Positions 13,970 through 26,106 are shown, numbered from the whole stretch's first letter. The stretch: 63,008 nucleotides of DNA, filler included, from Atractiella rhizophila (GCA_021432655.1; 4 parts of 4 records of this genome joined end to end with filler, not necessarily neighbours in it), one strand, 5' to 3'. The notes: generated by a model from the sequence alone, not told the origin. Numbers and translations are program-made.

Positions 13970-14103
13970 CCATTTGCATTTACAAGACGGATATCATCCG
14001 TCAACTTCCTGTCACTCTTGATCTGTGCCCTCCTGTCCAACCATTTGCATTTTACATGACGGATATTATCCCGTCAACTTCCTGTCACTTTTGGATCTGT
14101 GCC
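13970..14103. repeat. Imperfect ~70-bp-period tandem duplication with internal palindrome, downstream of UBC12
   Basis: Copies 13970-14029 and 14041-14103 (CCATTTGCATTT..GACGGATAT..ATCC(C)GTCAACTTCCTGTCACT..GATCTGTGCC). Confidence 0.9.
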
Positions 14104-14270
14104 GTAGATGTCCATATCCTTAATGTTGCCCAAAATCGAAAATTTGTACTCATGAGATTATTGAATCAGATTCGGTACAACCAGGTACAACATCCAAAGC
14201 TACACTTTACAAACACAAGGAAGCTTCTTTGCACCAAACTATCGTTTCGGTGACATGGTCAGAGACCCCT

Positions 14271-15613
14271 TTACGAACCGCGATAAGTCGAGTAAGCGTA
14301 TGGCGCCAGTAACAATGGGATATGATAATGCTCTTCCACGTTCTTGATTTCAAAAGGTATCTATTACAAGGCTGATCAGCATTCGCTGTGAGATCCGGAA
14401 AGTCACACACCTCAACGAACGGATAAAAGCTATGTATGCCTCGTTTGGCGAAATACTCGGCAGTGGAAAATGTAATCTTATAGATTCCAGCGTCGAGTCG
14501 ATGAGTGACAGGCAACAGATCGTTGCACCTTCCTTCCGTCCCAGTAGCACTATACCACATAAGATCCACATATGAATAAAGCGGTGGGAACAACCCACCC
14601 GTCGCCGATGTGGATGAAACCACGTTCTGTCAGTCTCTCCAATCGGATCGTGACTTCTGGAGCTGGAGATCCAGAGGTCGAATCGAGAACTAACAAGTCA
14701 AGTTAGTACTACAGTGTTCTGAAGGGGGAAGATGTACCATGAGCTGTTATTGGGCTCTTTGTCCTGGTCGAGACAGGTACAATGGAAGGCCTATTCACAA
14801 TTGGCGTCAACTACACTCTTTTCCCCCTGACTAACCTAGATTCAACTTTCCTCTTCTTCGCTTCTCGTTCCGCCAAACTCTCCCTCCTCCCGATCAAACC
14901 GCCAGCTAAAGCATCTCCACTCCCCTCTCCAGCATCAACAATACTGCCCCCACTGACACTATTCGCAAGCTGGATCTTCTCCAATTTCTCAAGCTTTCTA
15001 TGCTCGCTCTCGATCTCTTTCTCAGATTGACGGGCTAGGATCCTCTGTCTCTCCGCTTCCGAGATTTGTGGGCAAGAAATACAATGTGTTCGCATACGGA
15101 ACGCTTTAGGTTTATCGACTTGCCAACCACATCTGCTCTGAGAGTGAGGAGTGGGTCGCTGACAGGGAAGGCAGCATACGCTCGACAAGCGGCGTGATCT
15201 TTGTCTCCTTATCTATTGATGAGCAACTCTTCTTCTTATCATAAGAGGTGGTAGCGCACCATCGAAGTATGACCAAATGAAATCTTTGGGCCGTCCACCC
15301 TGCAATGCGACGTTGAACTCTCGTCTCGTCCAATTACATCACAAACAAAGCTCTACTCACGCCATGGGCGTTCTTTCTCGCGCTTGTGCTACCCTCAGCA
15401 GGACCAGGCAAAACATCTATTTCTCCTGGTGTATCCTGGCCATGAAGTTGAGTGTGAATCTGCCCAGCACTTGGGGGCGTTGGGACTTTGATACTGATGT
15501 CCTGGTCGGCTGGAGGAGGGTACGCGAAGGAGCCAAATTGCACTACTTGAACTTCCGATGGTCAGCCAGCATCCTGGACACCGGGAGAAACAAGATTTCG
15601 CACATCGATCCAT
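14271..15613 (-). CDS. BED-type zinc finger fused to transthyretin-like 5-hydroxyisourate hydrolase
   Basis: Spliced: ..NAHG|GGRPKDFIWSYFD|GDKDHAACR|ACGWQVDKPKAFRMRTHCISC..KKRKVESR|PSIVPVSTRTKSPITAH|VLDSTSGSPA..TEGRC..FYPFVE|..HYHIPLLLAPYAYSTYRGS*. The HIUase part is firm; the fusion and start codon are inferred. Confidence 0.75.
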
Positions 15614-16340
15614 AAAATATCCCCTTTCGAAAAGGTTCTAAACCTGGAGAGAGATGTTGCTTGTTTTGCAGACGTTTGGACTGCATTTTGCACGCCAAAA
15701 CACAGGGCAAAATCGGAGCCAGTTTTCCACATGACCTTTTAAAAATCAACGACGACGACTTCGTCCTCTGCCTCTGCGATGCTCGACGTTGTAACAACGT
15801 TGATATTCAACAGAAACAAAGTAGAGAGCAAAGCACAGAGGTTACTATGCTGTCTCCAAAGTGTCAATTTCAGATCAGACAAGGTGTGTTGCTATTCTGT
15901 ATTCTGTAGACCTTGACGGGGCTGTCAAAGTTGTTGAATCCATTCTGTCGACATAAACGCGTTCATAGAGCATGAAAACTGCATGAAAGCTTTGAGGATA
16001 TGAAGTGCTTCCCTTTTCAAAATGCTTTTGGACTTGCCACGTCCGAAGTCAAATTTTAAATCCACCGAGATCTTAAGGCACTTGAGCATGGGACGTTTCC
16101 CTCTTCTTTGGAGAGGAAGAAATGTTCCACCAGCCTTTCAAGCTGGTTGTTGCTCTTGTTCTGAGTCATAACCTCGGAATATCGTATACATCTTGATGCT
16201 CCACTCTGGGTCTTCTGCTGTCCTTTATCGAATTTGGTAGCAGGACTGCCAGTGTGAGATGTGACATCCTAACATGTATTTCATATTTTAGATAAAAGGA
16301 ATATAATGAAAACCGATGAATTCTTTCCTGTATTCCGTAC

Positions 16341-17877
16341 TTATTTAAGGTATCGCGCAAGCGCGACAGCGGATAGACAGGTGACTACAGCAGCCCAGAT
16401 GATTGGGGGACTAAAATTCATGAGACGCGCAAAGCTTTCCGCCGCCTGAGGTCCCATAACTCTCTTCAAATTGTCACTACTTTCTTGTGCCGCTGCCTTC
16501 GCTCTTTTCAGCATCTTCTTTTCGAATCCTCCGATGGCCTTCAGCAATACGGGAGCTAAATCTTCAGTGTCCCTTACGGTGTGAGTGGATATGGAGTCCA
16601 AACTATTCGCCAAGTCAAGAGCATCCGCCATGGCGAGGTTCACACCTTCTCCCGCGAAAGGACTCATGAGATGGGCACTGTCTCCTATGAGAGTTACCCC
16701 AGCTTGAGATTCCCATGTGGCGCCAATGGGGAGAGCGTAGATGCCGCGTTCGGAGAGCTCGTCTTCCGCCTCGTGAATCAGGCGAAGGGATTCTTCACAC
16801 CATCCTTCGTATTCTTTCAGAAGCTCTTCTTTATTGGCTGATTATACGGTTAGGTAAGAAGATGCAGGTCGCCGAGCTTACAAGATCTCTCTGCTCCTGG
16901 TTGGTATGACGGAACAATCGTCGCACAATATACCTTCGTGTAATTACTCATCTGTGATGCAATGAGTCCCTAGGCAATGTTAGCTTGTTGACGAAGAATA
17001 TCAGTCAACTGTTCACCTTTCCCTCCCCAAGGATGAAAGTCAGACCTGAGCTGACAAACGCCCGAGTCTGACTACTTGGTTTCGTGATGTTAACTTCTAC
17101 AAACTGTACAAGACATTAGACGAATGAAATCAGAAGGGGAGTGGAATGGATACCTTGACGCCACTGAAAATAGGCTGCAGGTCATTCCCCAACAAAGAGC
17201 GGACTCTGGACCAAGCTCCATCAGCGCCAATCAGAATGTCGACTTCCTCGCTTGTCCCATCTTTGAAATCCAGAATATGCCTAAGCTGTGATCCTTCTGC
17301 CCGACGAGCAGACAGGAGGGATTTGTTCCAAACGATAGTTCCTTCGTTTAAACTGCGCAGCAGAATATCTCTCAACTGTGGCCTGAACCGGTCATTCTCA
17401 ATAGAATGTTAATTGCAAACCGAATTGAACTGACCTATCAATTTCTGGGCGGCCAAAAAAGCGACCCAGTAGAGGCTGCTTTTCGTCGTAATGCACCTTC
17501 CCGTTCTTATCCACAATCTTCATGCCTTGATCTTCGTATCTCGCAAGTTGCTTGAACTCTTCGAACAAACCGCATGCCTTCAGCGCGGCCTGTCCAGAAT
17601 TGACGTGAAGGTCTAAGCTTCCGCCCTGCGTACGTGACGATGAAGAGATTTCTCGCTCGTATATTTTGACTGCGTCCAAGTTCAAGGATGACAACAACAA
17701 TGGGAGGAGAGAGTTCAACATACCATCCGTGAATCCTTTCAGCTGCAGTAGCCGCGCTAGGGTCGTACCTGTAATACTTTGTCAAATTGATATGGCACAG
17801 CCCTGCCTGCATGAAAGAAATCCACCAGCCGGACCAGCTCCCACAATTCGCACTCGCAAATCTCTGGCACTCAGCAT
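16341..17877 (-). CDS. FAD-dependent monooxygenase, TetX-like (group A flavoprotein)
   Basis: IVGAGPAG|TTLARLLQ, YERE..RTQGGSLDL, RPEIDR, DILIGADGAWSRVR, GDSAHLMSPFAGEGVNLAMADA; hydrophobic C-terminal tail. Confidence 0.9.
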
Positions 17878-18684
17878 CTCCAGTAAGTTAGTCCCTTGAA
17901 GTATTTACTATTGGTGGTATCGATTGTTGATGCCTGAGACTTCGTCCTTCCCTTTTGTTTGCCTTGCCCACAGGCAGGTGACTCGGAATCCGACTCGACG
18001 TGGACTGAAGGACTGAAGTCCTAGTAGCGGTGTCCAGCCTTTGGAAAGGGAGCAAATAGTCGACTTTGGCCGCGCGAATACCACATTCCCGCAGTCTGAA
18101 GTGCCTGTAAATAGCAACCGCGCAATCTGAAAGTTAAAGTGCGAAAGTCGAGCCAGACAGCCTCTGGGCTTTTCGTGGCACTTCGCACTTTTTCGACTTT
18201 TGAAAACACGCGTGAACAATGCAAATCTCAGGTCTACAATCCTAACTTAGCTCCAGACCTCCTCTCTTCCTCTCCTTTTCCACAGTCATGAGCACATCAG
18301 ATCTCTATTATCAACAAGTTCAGGGCGGGAAGAGCATGGCAGCTCTTTAGTTTACAGTGTCATCAACATGTCTGAGATCTTTATATGAACAGAAGGTTGT
18401 AAAAGAGTGCGAGTTGGGCTGTTAAATCACAAATTCCGTGGTCACCGCGTTTGTGCAACTCCTGGTACCATTGAGGTCCCTCCAGTGAGGCAGGAACCTC
18501 TTCGGACTATCCCAAGCACCATCCAATATCACGCTCTTTCGACTTTTCCATTTTCGAGATTCTCAAAGCCAGCGATATTTTGGACACCGCAAGTGAGGTG
18601 TAGAATAAGAAGACATCTTTGTCATTTCAGTCTGTACATGTGGCTCGTCGTGCATGAAATTCGAACTTGATTTTTGAAATACAA

Positions 18685-19403
18685 TTAACGGTTCAGAATC
18701 CACAGAGAGTAAGCTGAGAGAACCGCCCCAAGACCTCTGCATCAGGTGCGTCAATTCATCAACCATTCCCAAGGGGCAAAGAATGACATACCCAACAGCG
18801 GTAGCTATCTCCCTGGAAAGGCTGCCTTCGATAAAGCCAACACCAGCAGCAACGATATCAATGGCATCGGAAATCGCACAGATTTGTAACGCCCTCTGAA
18901 TGACAACCCTGTTGCGATGTAATTAACAACGATTGCTTTATACAGCTAACTAGACTTACGAAGAGCTATCCCTCAAGAGGAGACCCAGACCAATTTCTCT
19001 CGCTCCGAAGAGTCTGAGGGCGAGGGTCAACTCCTCCGCTGCCAATAAACTATGTCAGCTCTCGCTCTCATCCTCCCGCAAGACGTACGTGACCCAGCTT
19101 TAGGGGTAGTGGTAGCGGCGGTAGCCTGAGAAGCCGTAGTCGTACGTTGGGAAAAGCCAAAGAACCTTTGACTGAAGAAGGCGGGAGCGACACTGACGCA
19201 AGACGACGCAACATGACCATCCCACTTTCAACATGAAAATGATCACTCACAAGAAACCCAGCCCTGCACCGATCTTGGCCAATGACAGTACCTGAATCTG
19301 CGTGCTTGAAGCATGAACAGTGAGAAGCGCAGAGGGAGAAGCTACATTACACATTAGCTTGACAGATTTGGGGGTGACAAGTGAGAAACATACCAGCTGC
19401 CAT
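18685..19403 (-). CDS. Small multi-pass membrane protein (DUF4267-like), not shown in the ORF track
   Basis: Six exons with GT-AG introns give MAAASPSALL..LAKIGAGLGFFVAP..LALRLFGAREIGLGLLLRDSS..SDAIDIVAAGVGFIEG..YSLWILNR*. Confidence 0.75.
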
Positions 19404-19721
19404 TTCGTGGATTTATATTTCTTTTGAGACTATAAAAATGATTGAGAAAGTTGTTTCAACTCGTCGTTGTTGGAAAGAAAGACGAAGCGAAACGGCAGGC
19501 CTTTTATACTGTGGGAAGGGAATATGACGTCGACCAACCTTGTAATTCAGTCGTCACGCGCGTCATGAGTGGGGCAGACTAAAGTTTGTTTGCCGTGATC
19601 ATGATGTTTGATGTTCGTTCGGCTGCCTCCCGTGTCAAGTTGGACGAATCAGGCTGACCAAGGCGAACGAACACGTAGGCTTGAGAGCTCAAAGTCCAAG
19701 CGGCGCGGTTTAACAGTCAAC

Positions 19722-22452
19722 ATGAGTTCACTGACTGGTACTAGGAAGGTGATGGATAAAGCGGGAGGGAAAAAGAAACGAGTCTGTACGTTCTAGCTTG
19801 GTGAATTGCAACCAGCTTACTTCCTCCCAAATCCGCGCAGGTGGACCTTGTCGGTTGGTCATACGTGTCTTTAGAAGCAACATAAATAACAGGGTTGTGC
19901 CACAGGAAGAGGAAATCGCGCTGCGACTGCTTGCTACCATGTAATTGCTTGTTCGACACCTAGGCGTATAAGATGCTGACTGGTCGAACAGGTTCTACGT
20001 GCGTTTCTCGAGGAAAGGCCGCTGAGGACCAGTGCTACTATCCGGAAGATCCTTATGACCTGGAAAAACGAAGAAGAGAGGTTGTTACTCTTCGTAGTGA
20101 ACTCGATCGTCTGTCCGTTTTCCCTTTCGGAGTATGTGCAGTTCTGAGAGTTCGATACAGTGAGCGAATAATCGTGAAGATGAAGAGAAGCAAAGAGGAA
20201 CAAAGACGTTACTCCATGAGTGCTGCCGGGCCCTCTTCGTTCATGAATGGAACTGGCTGGGTCCGTTCTCAGTTGATCTTACGAACTTTCGCTCACGAGA
20301 CGAGCAGTATGATTACACGCAAACAAATGAAAGCAATGGGACATCTCTCGAAGACTTGGTAACAGAACTGCAGTCCCTCATCCCATCTTTCTCACAGTCT
20401 ACCCTATTGGTCAACGTTTTCCTGGAGAAGATCAACCCGACCCACCAGCCCGTCGATGGCGAAATCTTCCTGCAACAGCATTTGAACTTCTGGAAACTGG
20501 AGTGGACGGAAGATCCTTCGTCCCTCGATCCTCATTGGTTGGCAGTTTTCTTCGCCGTTCTTGGTCTCGCACTCTTCACGGGAAATTCGGAGGATTATAA
20601 GAGCAACAGGAGAAAGGAGAAGTCGGACGACAGCGACGATGAGTCCGATGACGACATGCCTCTCGCTGGCGTCTATGAAGGTTCGTTTCCACCACACTCT
20701 AGCTTCTTCGGTCTGACTGGGACCAGTCGCTCTCGGTTGGATGCACGCTGCACATAAATTCGTCTACCTGGGGCTAGATTGTTCGTAGTCTCGCGCACGT
20801 CACATACGTAGGAACCTAATTTAAATGGTTAGTAAATGCAAGGAAAGGAGAGAAACCGTCCCTAGACTGTGAGCACTCTCTCATCAACTAGACTACAGCT
20901 CTGACCTTTCTCCACAGCTATTCGCGCTTTACTCCTCATCTCCACCTATGGAGTCTTGATTGCGTCTACCTCAAATGGCTTAGCTGATCCTAACGTTGTC
21001 AAGAGTTATATGGAGCTCGCTATCAACATTGCGAATGACCTCCACTTGGTAAGTTGGCGGCGACCTGTTCAAGCCAGATTAATAGCGCTGTTTCAGAGTC
21101 GAGAGCTCGAGGACAAGGAAGACGTAAACTATTCCGAAATAGGCACTCCTATCGAGGATACGCGGGTACTTGAAGACCGTCGCCGTTTGTGGTGGTGTTT
21201 GATTCGTTTGTCGAGCGAAATGCAGTGGATGCTGAAGGGCTGGTCAACCCTGGGTCGGTTTCTGATAGGTGGACCGAGGCTTCCCACGGCGGGAAGTGAG
21301 ACGGATCGTTTCTGGGTTCAAGGTCTCCATTTTAGAACCAATTGCGCCTACCTTGTCAGCGCTTCGTTTATTCGTCTGGTATCATCTGAGTCGGGAGCAC
21401 AGCTACGAAAAGCCCAGACCATGTCTTCCACTCGCCCAAATCGAACGTGCACCCTTCAACAAACCTTGATACTTGCGCAAGAGCTGCAAGGTGCTCGAGA
21501 CGCTATACCCAACGCTCTTTTGCCATCTTGGGATGGTGTTGGTAAGGTCAACTACGGTTCGACGGACCCAGTCATGCTGGTTGAGATCCAACATAACGTT
21601 CGCTACCTTTGCTTAGCGGTTGCAAAGATACTTCGTCCTCACAGGAATGCGGAGCTTTCGATCCGTGAGAAAATTATCTACCATTGTCGTACGACACTTT
21701 GCATCTTTGCAGAACAATACTGAGAATAAATCTGATAGGACTACTCATGTCCTTCGACAGCCGCTGGAAACATCCTTATTCTTGGGCTAGCCCTTCGTAT
21801 TCCACTGTATGCGTTCATCTGTTGGGAAGTATTTGGTCACAATTTTTTCTAGCTTCACTGCATGTTGACGCTGGGAGTGATGGTCTTCGAAATGGAGGAT
21901 CAGAAATCAGCTTTGGCAATGCAACTGCGATCCGAGATTCGTTCAGCAGCTTCAAAACTTTCAAAACGTCTTACCACGGATCCACATGTCAAGAAAGCGT
22001 ACAAAATCCTCGAATTCCTGATCTCGTCAGAGCACAAAAATGCACCCGGTCAGCCCAAACCGCACATCCAATGGACGAGTGCCTTGGAAGAGCTCATACC
22101 GCCTGCTCTGGCGAATGTGAAGTTCATTCCTCCTGCTCCTGTCGCAATCGCAGCTCATGACAATGAACCTTTCATGTCGCATGATGAGGGAATGGATCAG
22201 CACAAGCCTTGGGAGGCCGATCTCGTTCATTCGTTGTTCGGAATGCAGGGCCTTGGTCCAGATTTTGCAGGATCATTCGACACCCTGTCTTCCGATTTTT
22301 CTACGCAGGTCCAAAGCTTCTCTAGCCTATCTAGCAGTCTGGATGATCAATTTCCAAGCAATAATCGCAACTTTTCCGACAATGACGAACTTCTTAATTT
22401 CTTGAATAGCCTCCAGACTGGCCAACAACTTCCTGAGGGCACAAGTGCTTAG
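19722..22452 (+). CDS. Zn2Cys6 transcription factor with fungal TF middle homology region
   Basis: Microexon-spliced KKRVCGPCRKRKSRCDCLLPCSTCVSRG..DQCYYP; FLEKIN..PHWLAVFFAVLGLAL; EDRRRLWWCL. Confidence 0.85.
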
Positions 22453-22808
22453 GCGCATTGAGCAGGATAGGATAGTTATCTAATGTAGCTTAATGTAGTA
22501 ATTCTCGTGATAATCTCATCAAAACCGTGTCCTTAATTCTGTGACTGAGTCTGGCGCCAAAAACACGATGAGTCTCACATGCGGGAGCCATCATAGAGTT
22601 TGCTAAAAAATGCTTGATTCGTTGATTTCTTAAATTTACACGTACTTGTTGAGATTGATCGACTAGAAGGTCCAGAAGAGTCGAAAACGGAACTCTCTCG
22701 ATATCGTCAGAGAAATCGGCCTACAGTTAGTTAAGACGGTAAGCGAGGTTTACACTGAGGTTGAAGAAAGGAAAACAACCTTGAAGCTTTGGGCAGAAAG
22801 GAATGCCT

Positions 22809-23141
22809 TCAACAACAGATCTAAGAAAGGTTGAGGACGACGAAACAGATCAGGGCAGAAGAGTTCGCCTACGAAACACCAACAACAGTCCCCGCTATTT
22901 CACAAAGGTTCAGAAGAATACGACAAAAACAACGGGAAACTTACGATCCACAATCTACAGACAACATAAATCAGAACAGAGAAAACTCTGAAGAGGATGG
23001 AGACGAACCACAAGAAGGAGGTCCACAAGTGTCACCTTGCCTCTTTGCCAACTCGAGAGCTTCCCTGTCCTCGACAAACATTGGCGTTGATGCCACGGAC
23101 ACAATGAGAAGTGCGAAGGCGAAGAAAGAGAATTTCTGCAT
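22809..23141 (-). CDS. Small secreted cysteine-rich peptide precursor A (58 aa, 4 exons)
   Basis: Exons 23141-23009, 22954-22945, 22894-22873, 22820-22809 with GT-AG introns of 54/50/52 nt: MQKFSFFAFALLIVSVASTPMFVEDREALELAKR-QGDTCGPPSCDCGSGDCCWCFICC*. TATA-like TATATATAAG about 55 bp upstream. Confidence 0.85.
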
Positions 23142-23555
23142 CCTGAATTCTGATCCCTTGATAGAAGCCTTGTCGTCTTGAGAAATATCTCTTATATATA
23201 GTCAAAATAGAAGACACACGTCGTGGGGTGAGCATATTCATATTCTAGGTGATCAAGGAGCCATAACCCTGTTGCGGTTTTTTCTCGCCGTTTGGATGAT
23301 ATTCCATGGATGAATGATTTTCTCCTCAATTTACTCCTCCCCACCAGTTGCGGGAGTGCTTGCTGGTTGACATGGTTAGGTTGTTACAACGTGCTCTCAA
23401 AATGCCGAAAGGTTAACATTGTAGTTTGTATCTCTGCTACATAGATGCCTAGGACATAGTCCCTCGATTTCCTGGCGTAAATCGGACTGCAGCGCACGCC
23501 TGAGAATGTTTCCATGTAGAAGTTAAAGGAAAAGTGCACTTTGTGGCTTAACTTC

Positions 23556-23786
23556 TTAACAGCAGACGCCGCACCAACAACAGTTGCCATTGCAGTCTAC
23601 AGCGAAGGTACAAATCAGGATCATTATTGTCAAGTGCCGACGAAAAAACGAACCGCAAGGAGGGATACCGCAGGTGTCACCCTGCCTTTTAGCCAACTCT
23701 ACAGCTTCCCTGTCTTCAACGAACATAGGGGTCGCCACCACCGCAGCGAAGAGGAACGCGAAAGTGAAGATGGAGAACTTCTGCAT
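23556..23786 (-). CDS. Small secreted cysteine-rich peptide precursor B (57 aa, 2 exons), paralog of A
   Basis: Exons 23786-23654 and 23596-23556: MQKFSIFTFAFLFAAVVATPMFVEDREAVELAKR-QGDTCGIPPCDCNGNCCWCGVCC*. Confidence 0.88.
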   Translation of the reverse strand: MQKFSIFTFAFLFAAVVATPMFVEDREAVELAKRQGDTCGIPPCGSFFRRHLTIMILICTFAVDCNGNCCWCGVCC

Positions 23787-24562
23787 ATTGTTTAGATCTA
23801 ATGCTTGACTTGTGTCTGAAGAAGTCGATAGAGCGAGACGCCACTTGACAATAGCTTGCGCACACATCCTTTTATATCTTCGCTCTCGGCAGGACGGGAT
23901 GAGGACTGCTCCATCACTGGCCTGAACTACCGCTAGCAGTGGGGGATCTACTCCTATCTTGCCATCCAATCGAGAGACAGAACGTCATCTCCTCTCTGCT
24001 TTCGCTCCGACTCCTGGTTTGATCGATGCAATGACAGAATATTCGGATATTGATCATGTCTCCCATTCACATCCCCCACTCGACTTTGGAGGCGGGGGAA
24101 ACAAACGTGAAATTCACAGTAACGATCTTCCCGCTTCGAGTGTGATGCAACGGGTGTAACGGAGCTGAGAAATCATTGACAGTTCAAACGTGCACTCAAG
24201 CTCAGAGCAAACGCAAATGGACTGGAAAAGGTAGTGAAGTTTACTCGAAAAAAGAAAGGAGGGGATGCCAAACTTCTTGACCCGAGTCCCCATTAAAGCG
24301 TAAATCAACTTATCTATATTTCCAACTCCAGCCTGCAGGCCTGAATCCTGTCAACGGGGAACCCAAGTTCGAGTTTTGAATTACCACAATCTCATAAAAG
24401 AATTGTTAGGACAACAATGCTGCGTAGAAACAAGGGTTAAATATTATTATGGTTCGGATCGATCTTCGCATCTTTTGCCCCGACAAAATTTTCAGCTGGT
24501 TTTGTCAACTTCATTTCAGTGCTGACCTTTCGTGTCCTCGGCAGGCTTTTGGGGATATTAAC

Positions 24563-25683
24563 ATGAAGAAGTCAAATTCTCTCCAATGGAAGCCCGTAAC
24601 AGTTGCCTTTGACGACTCTGATCCCAATTTTACCTTCGACTTCGATGAGATCTCTGATGTCGAAGTGGAGTGGGAGACCTTCGACAGCGGAGCAAAAAGA
24701 GCCAAGCTGAAGCCAAAAGGGAGTCGCACTATCAGCGGGGATTTAAAACCATCAGAGCATGTCTCGGGAACTGCTGAAATCGGCGAGGATGAGGCAGGAG
24801 CTAGCAAGAAGGGGAAGAAGAGGAAGCGGGTCAAGAACAAGGATGGAGAGGAGGGTCCTGGTGGGAAGAGCAAGAAGCAGAAGGTTGATAAAAGCACAAG
24901 TGAGCCCTCAATATCACCCACAGAGGAAATTCCATTGGGTTCTCTCTCTCCTCTCGAATCATGGCCTGAACTCCCGACACATCTCCACTCTGCCATCTCC
25001 AAGCTCTCGTTCACGCAACCGACGCTCATTCAATCATCACTCGTCTCCCATCTCCCTCTCAAGCACGATGTGATTGCTACGTCTCCAACTGGAAGTGGAA
25101 AGACTTTCGCATACATGCTTCCCATCCTCTTTCACCTGTTCTCCTCGGAACCTGAAGCCCCTGAACGATCTCTCGCTCTCATCATTACTCCTACCCGCGA
25201 ACTCGCCATACAAGTTGCGGATTCTATGCAGCGAGTTCTCGACGCTTGTACTCCTTCATCCAAAGGCCACAAGAAAATCGTCACCGTAACCGGTGGATTA
25301 GCCATTCAGAAACAGAGTCGGTTGATCAATGCTCAACTGCTCGGAAAGAAGGAAGGAATACTTGTTGCCACGCCTGGAAGGTTATCAGAGATGCTGGAAG
25401 AGTTAGATGGGCTCGAAGAAAGATTGCAGAGGACGAGATTTCTAGTACTTGACGAAGCGGACAAATTGGTTGAGAAGGGCAAATTTGAGGAGCTAGAGAG
25501 GATATTGCGAATCTTTCAGAGAAAAGAGGATGAGGAGGATGAAGAGGCAATTGGAAGAGAGGATGACGGTTTAAGAACCCTGGTTTTAAGCGCCACAATG
25601 GAGAAAGGTCTAATGGGCAAGTTGGGGAAGAAGAAGTTCAAGCGATCGACTGGCTCCACAACCTTAGGTTTGTATTTCCGTTA
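24563..25683 (+). CDS. DEAD-box RNA helicase, Mak5/DDX24-like (3' truncated at contig end)
   Basis: LQWKPV N-terminus, FTQPTLIQ, PTGSGKT, PTRELAIQV, GGLAIQKQ, ATPGRL, LVLDEAD, SAT. Confidence 0.85.
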
Positions 25684-25783
25684 NNNNNNNNNNNNNNNNN
25701 NNNNNNNNNNNNNNNNNNNNNNNNNNNTTAATTAATTAANNNNNNNNNNNNNNNNNNNNNNNNNNNNNNNNNNNNNNNNNNNN
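25684..25783. other. Artificial contig linker N44-TTAATTAATTAA-N44
   Basis: 100 nt with a six-frame stop cassette; genes on both sides are truncated. Confidence 0.97.
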
Positions 25784-26106
25784 TGTGCCCCACGAGCTTT
25801 CCAAATGGTCAGCAACAGTGTCGATGAGTAAATAGGTGGCGTACCCGATGGGCCTGAGAGGTAACTCACAAGAGAGGAACTTTCAGCAACGAGGCTTTCT
25901 CTCATTTCCTCAGCCATTTCATGGTCTTCTAGCAAACGGGAAATCAGTAGGGTGAGCCAGTCTAAGGTGTATTTTCGTTCGAAGTCATCTAATCCGCATT
26001 GGATACTGGTATTCAACTGCTTCAACGTCCTCGAGATGTCAAAGCTGAGCTCGTTTTGAAGAGCTGGAAGGAAAACACTTGGTGCGGTCTTGAACGTAGA
26101 AGTCAT
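25784..26106 (-). CDS. N-terminal fragment of putative SAM-dependent protein methyltransferase (Efm2-like), cut by the contig end
   Basis: APSVFLPAL..DDFERKYTLDWLTLLISR..LVSYLSGPSG resembles the N-terminus of basidiomycete Methyltransf_16 proteins; catalytic domain not in window. Confidence 0.5.

Noticed and set aside
23556..23969. 137-aa ORF as the real product
   Set aside because: It reads through a 57-nt in-frame intron and upstream promoter; the paralog comparison fixes the start at 23786.
25728..25739. TTAATTAATTAA as a biological motif (piggyBac site or repeat)
   Set aside because: Identical cassette flanked by 44 Ns at three places, so it is a synthetic linker. Gene adjacency across linkers is meaningless.
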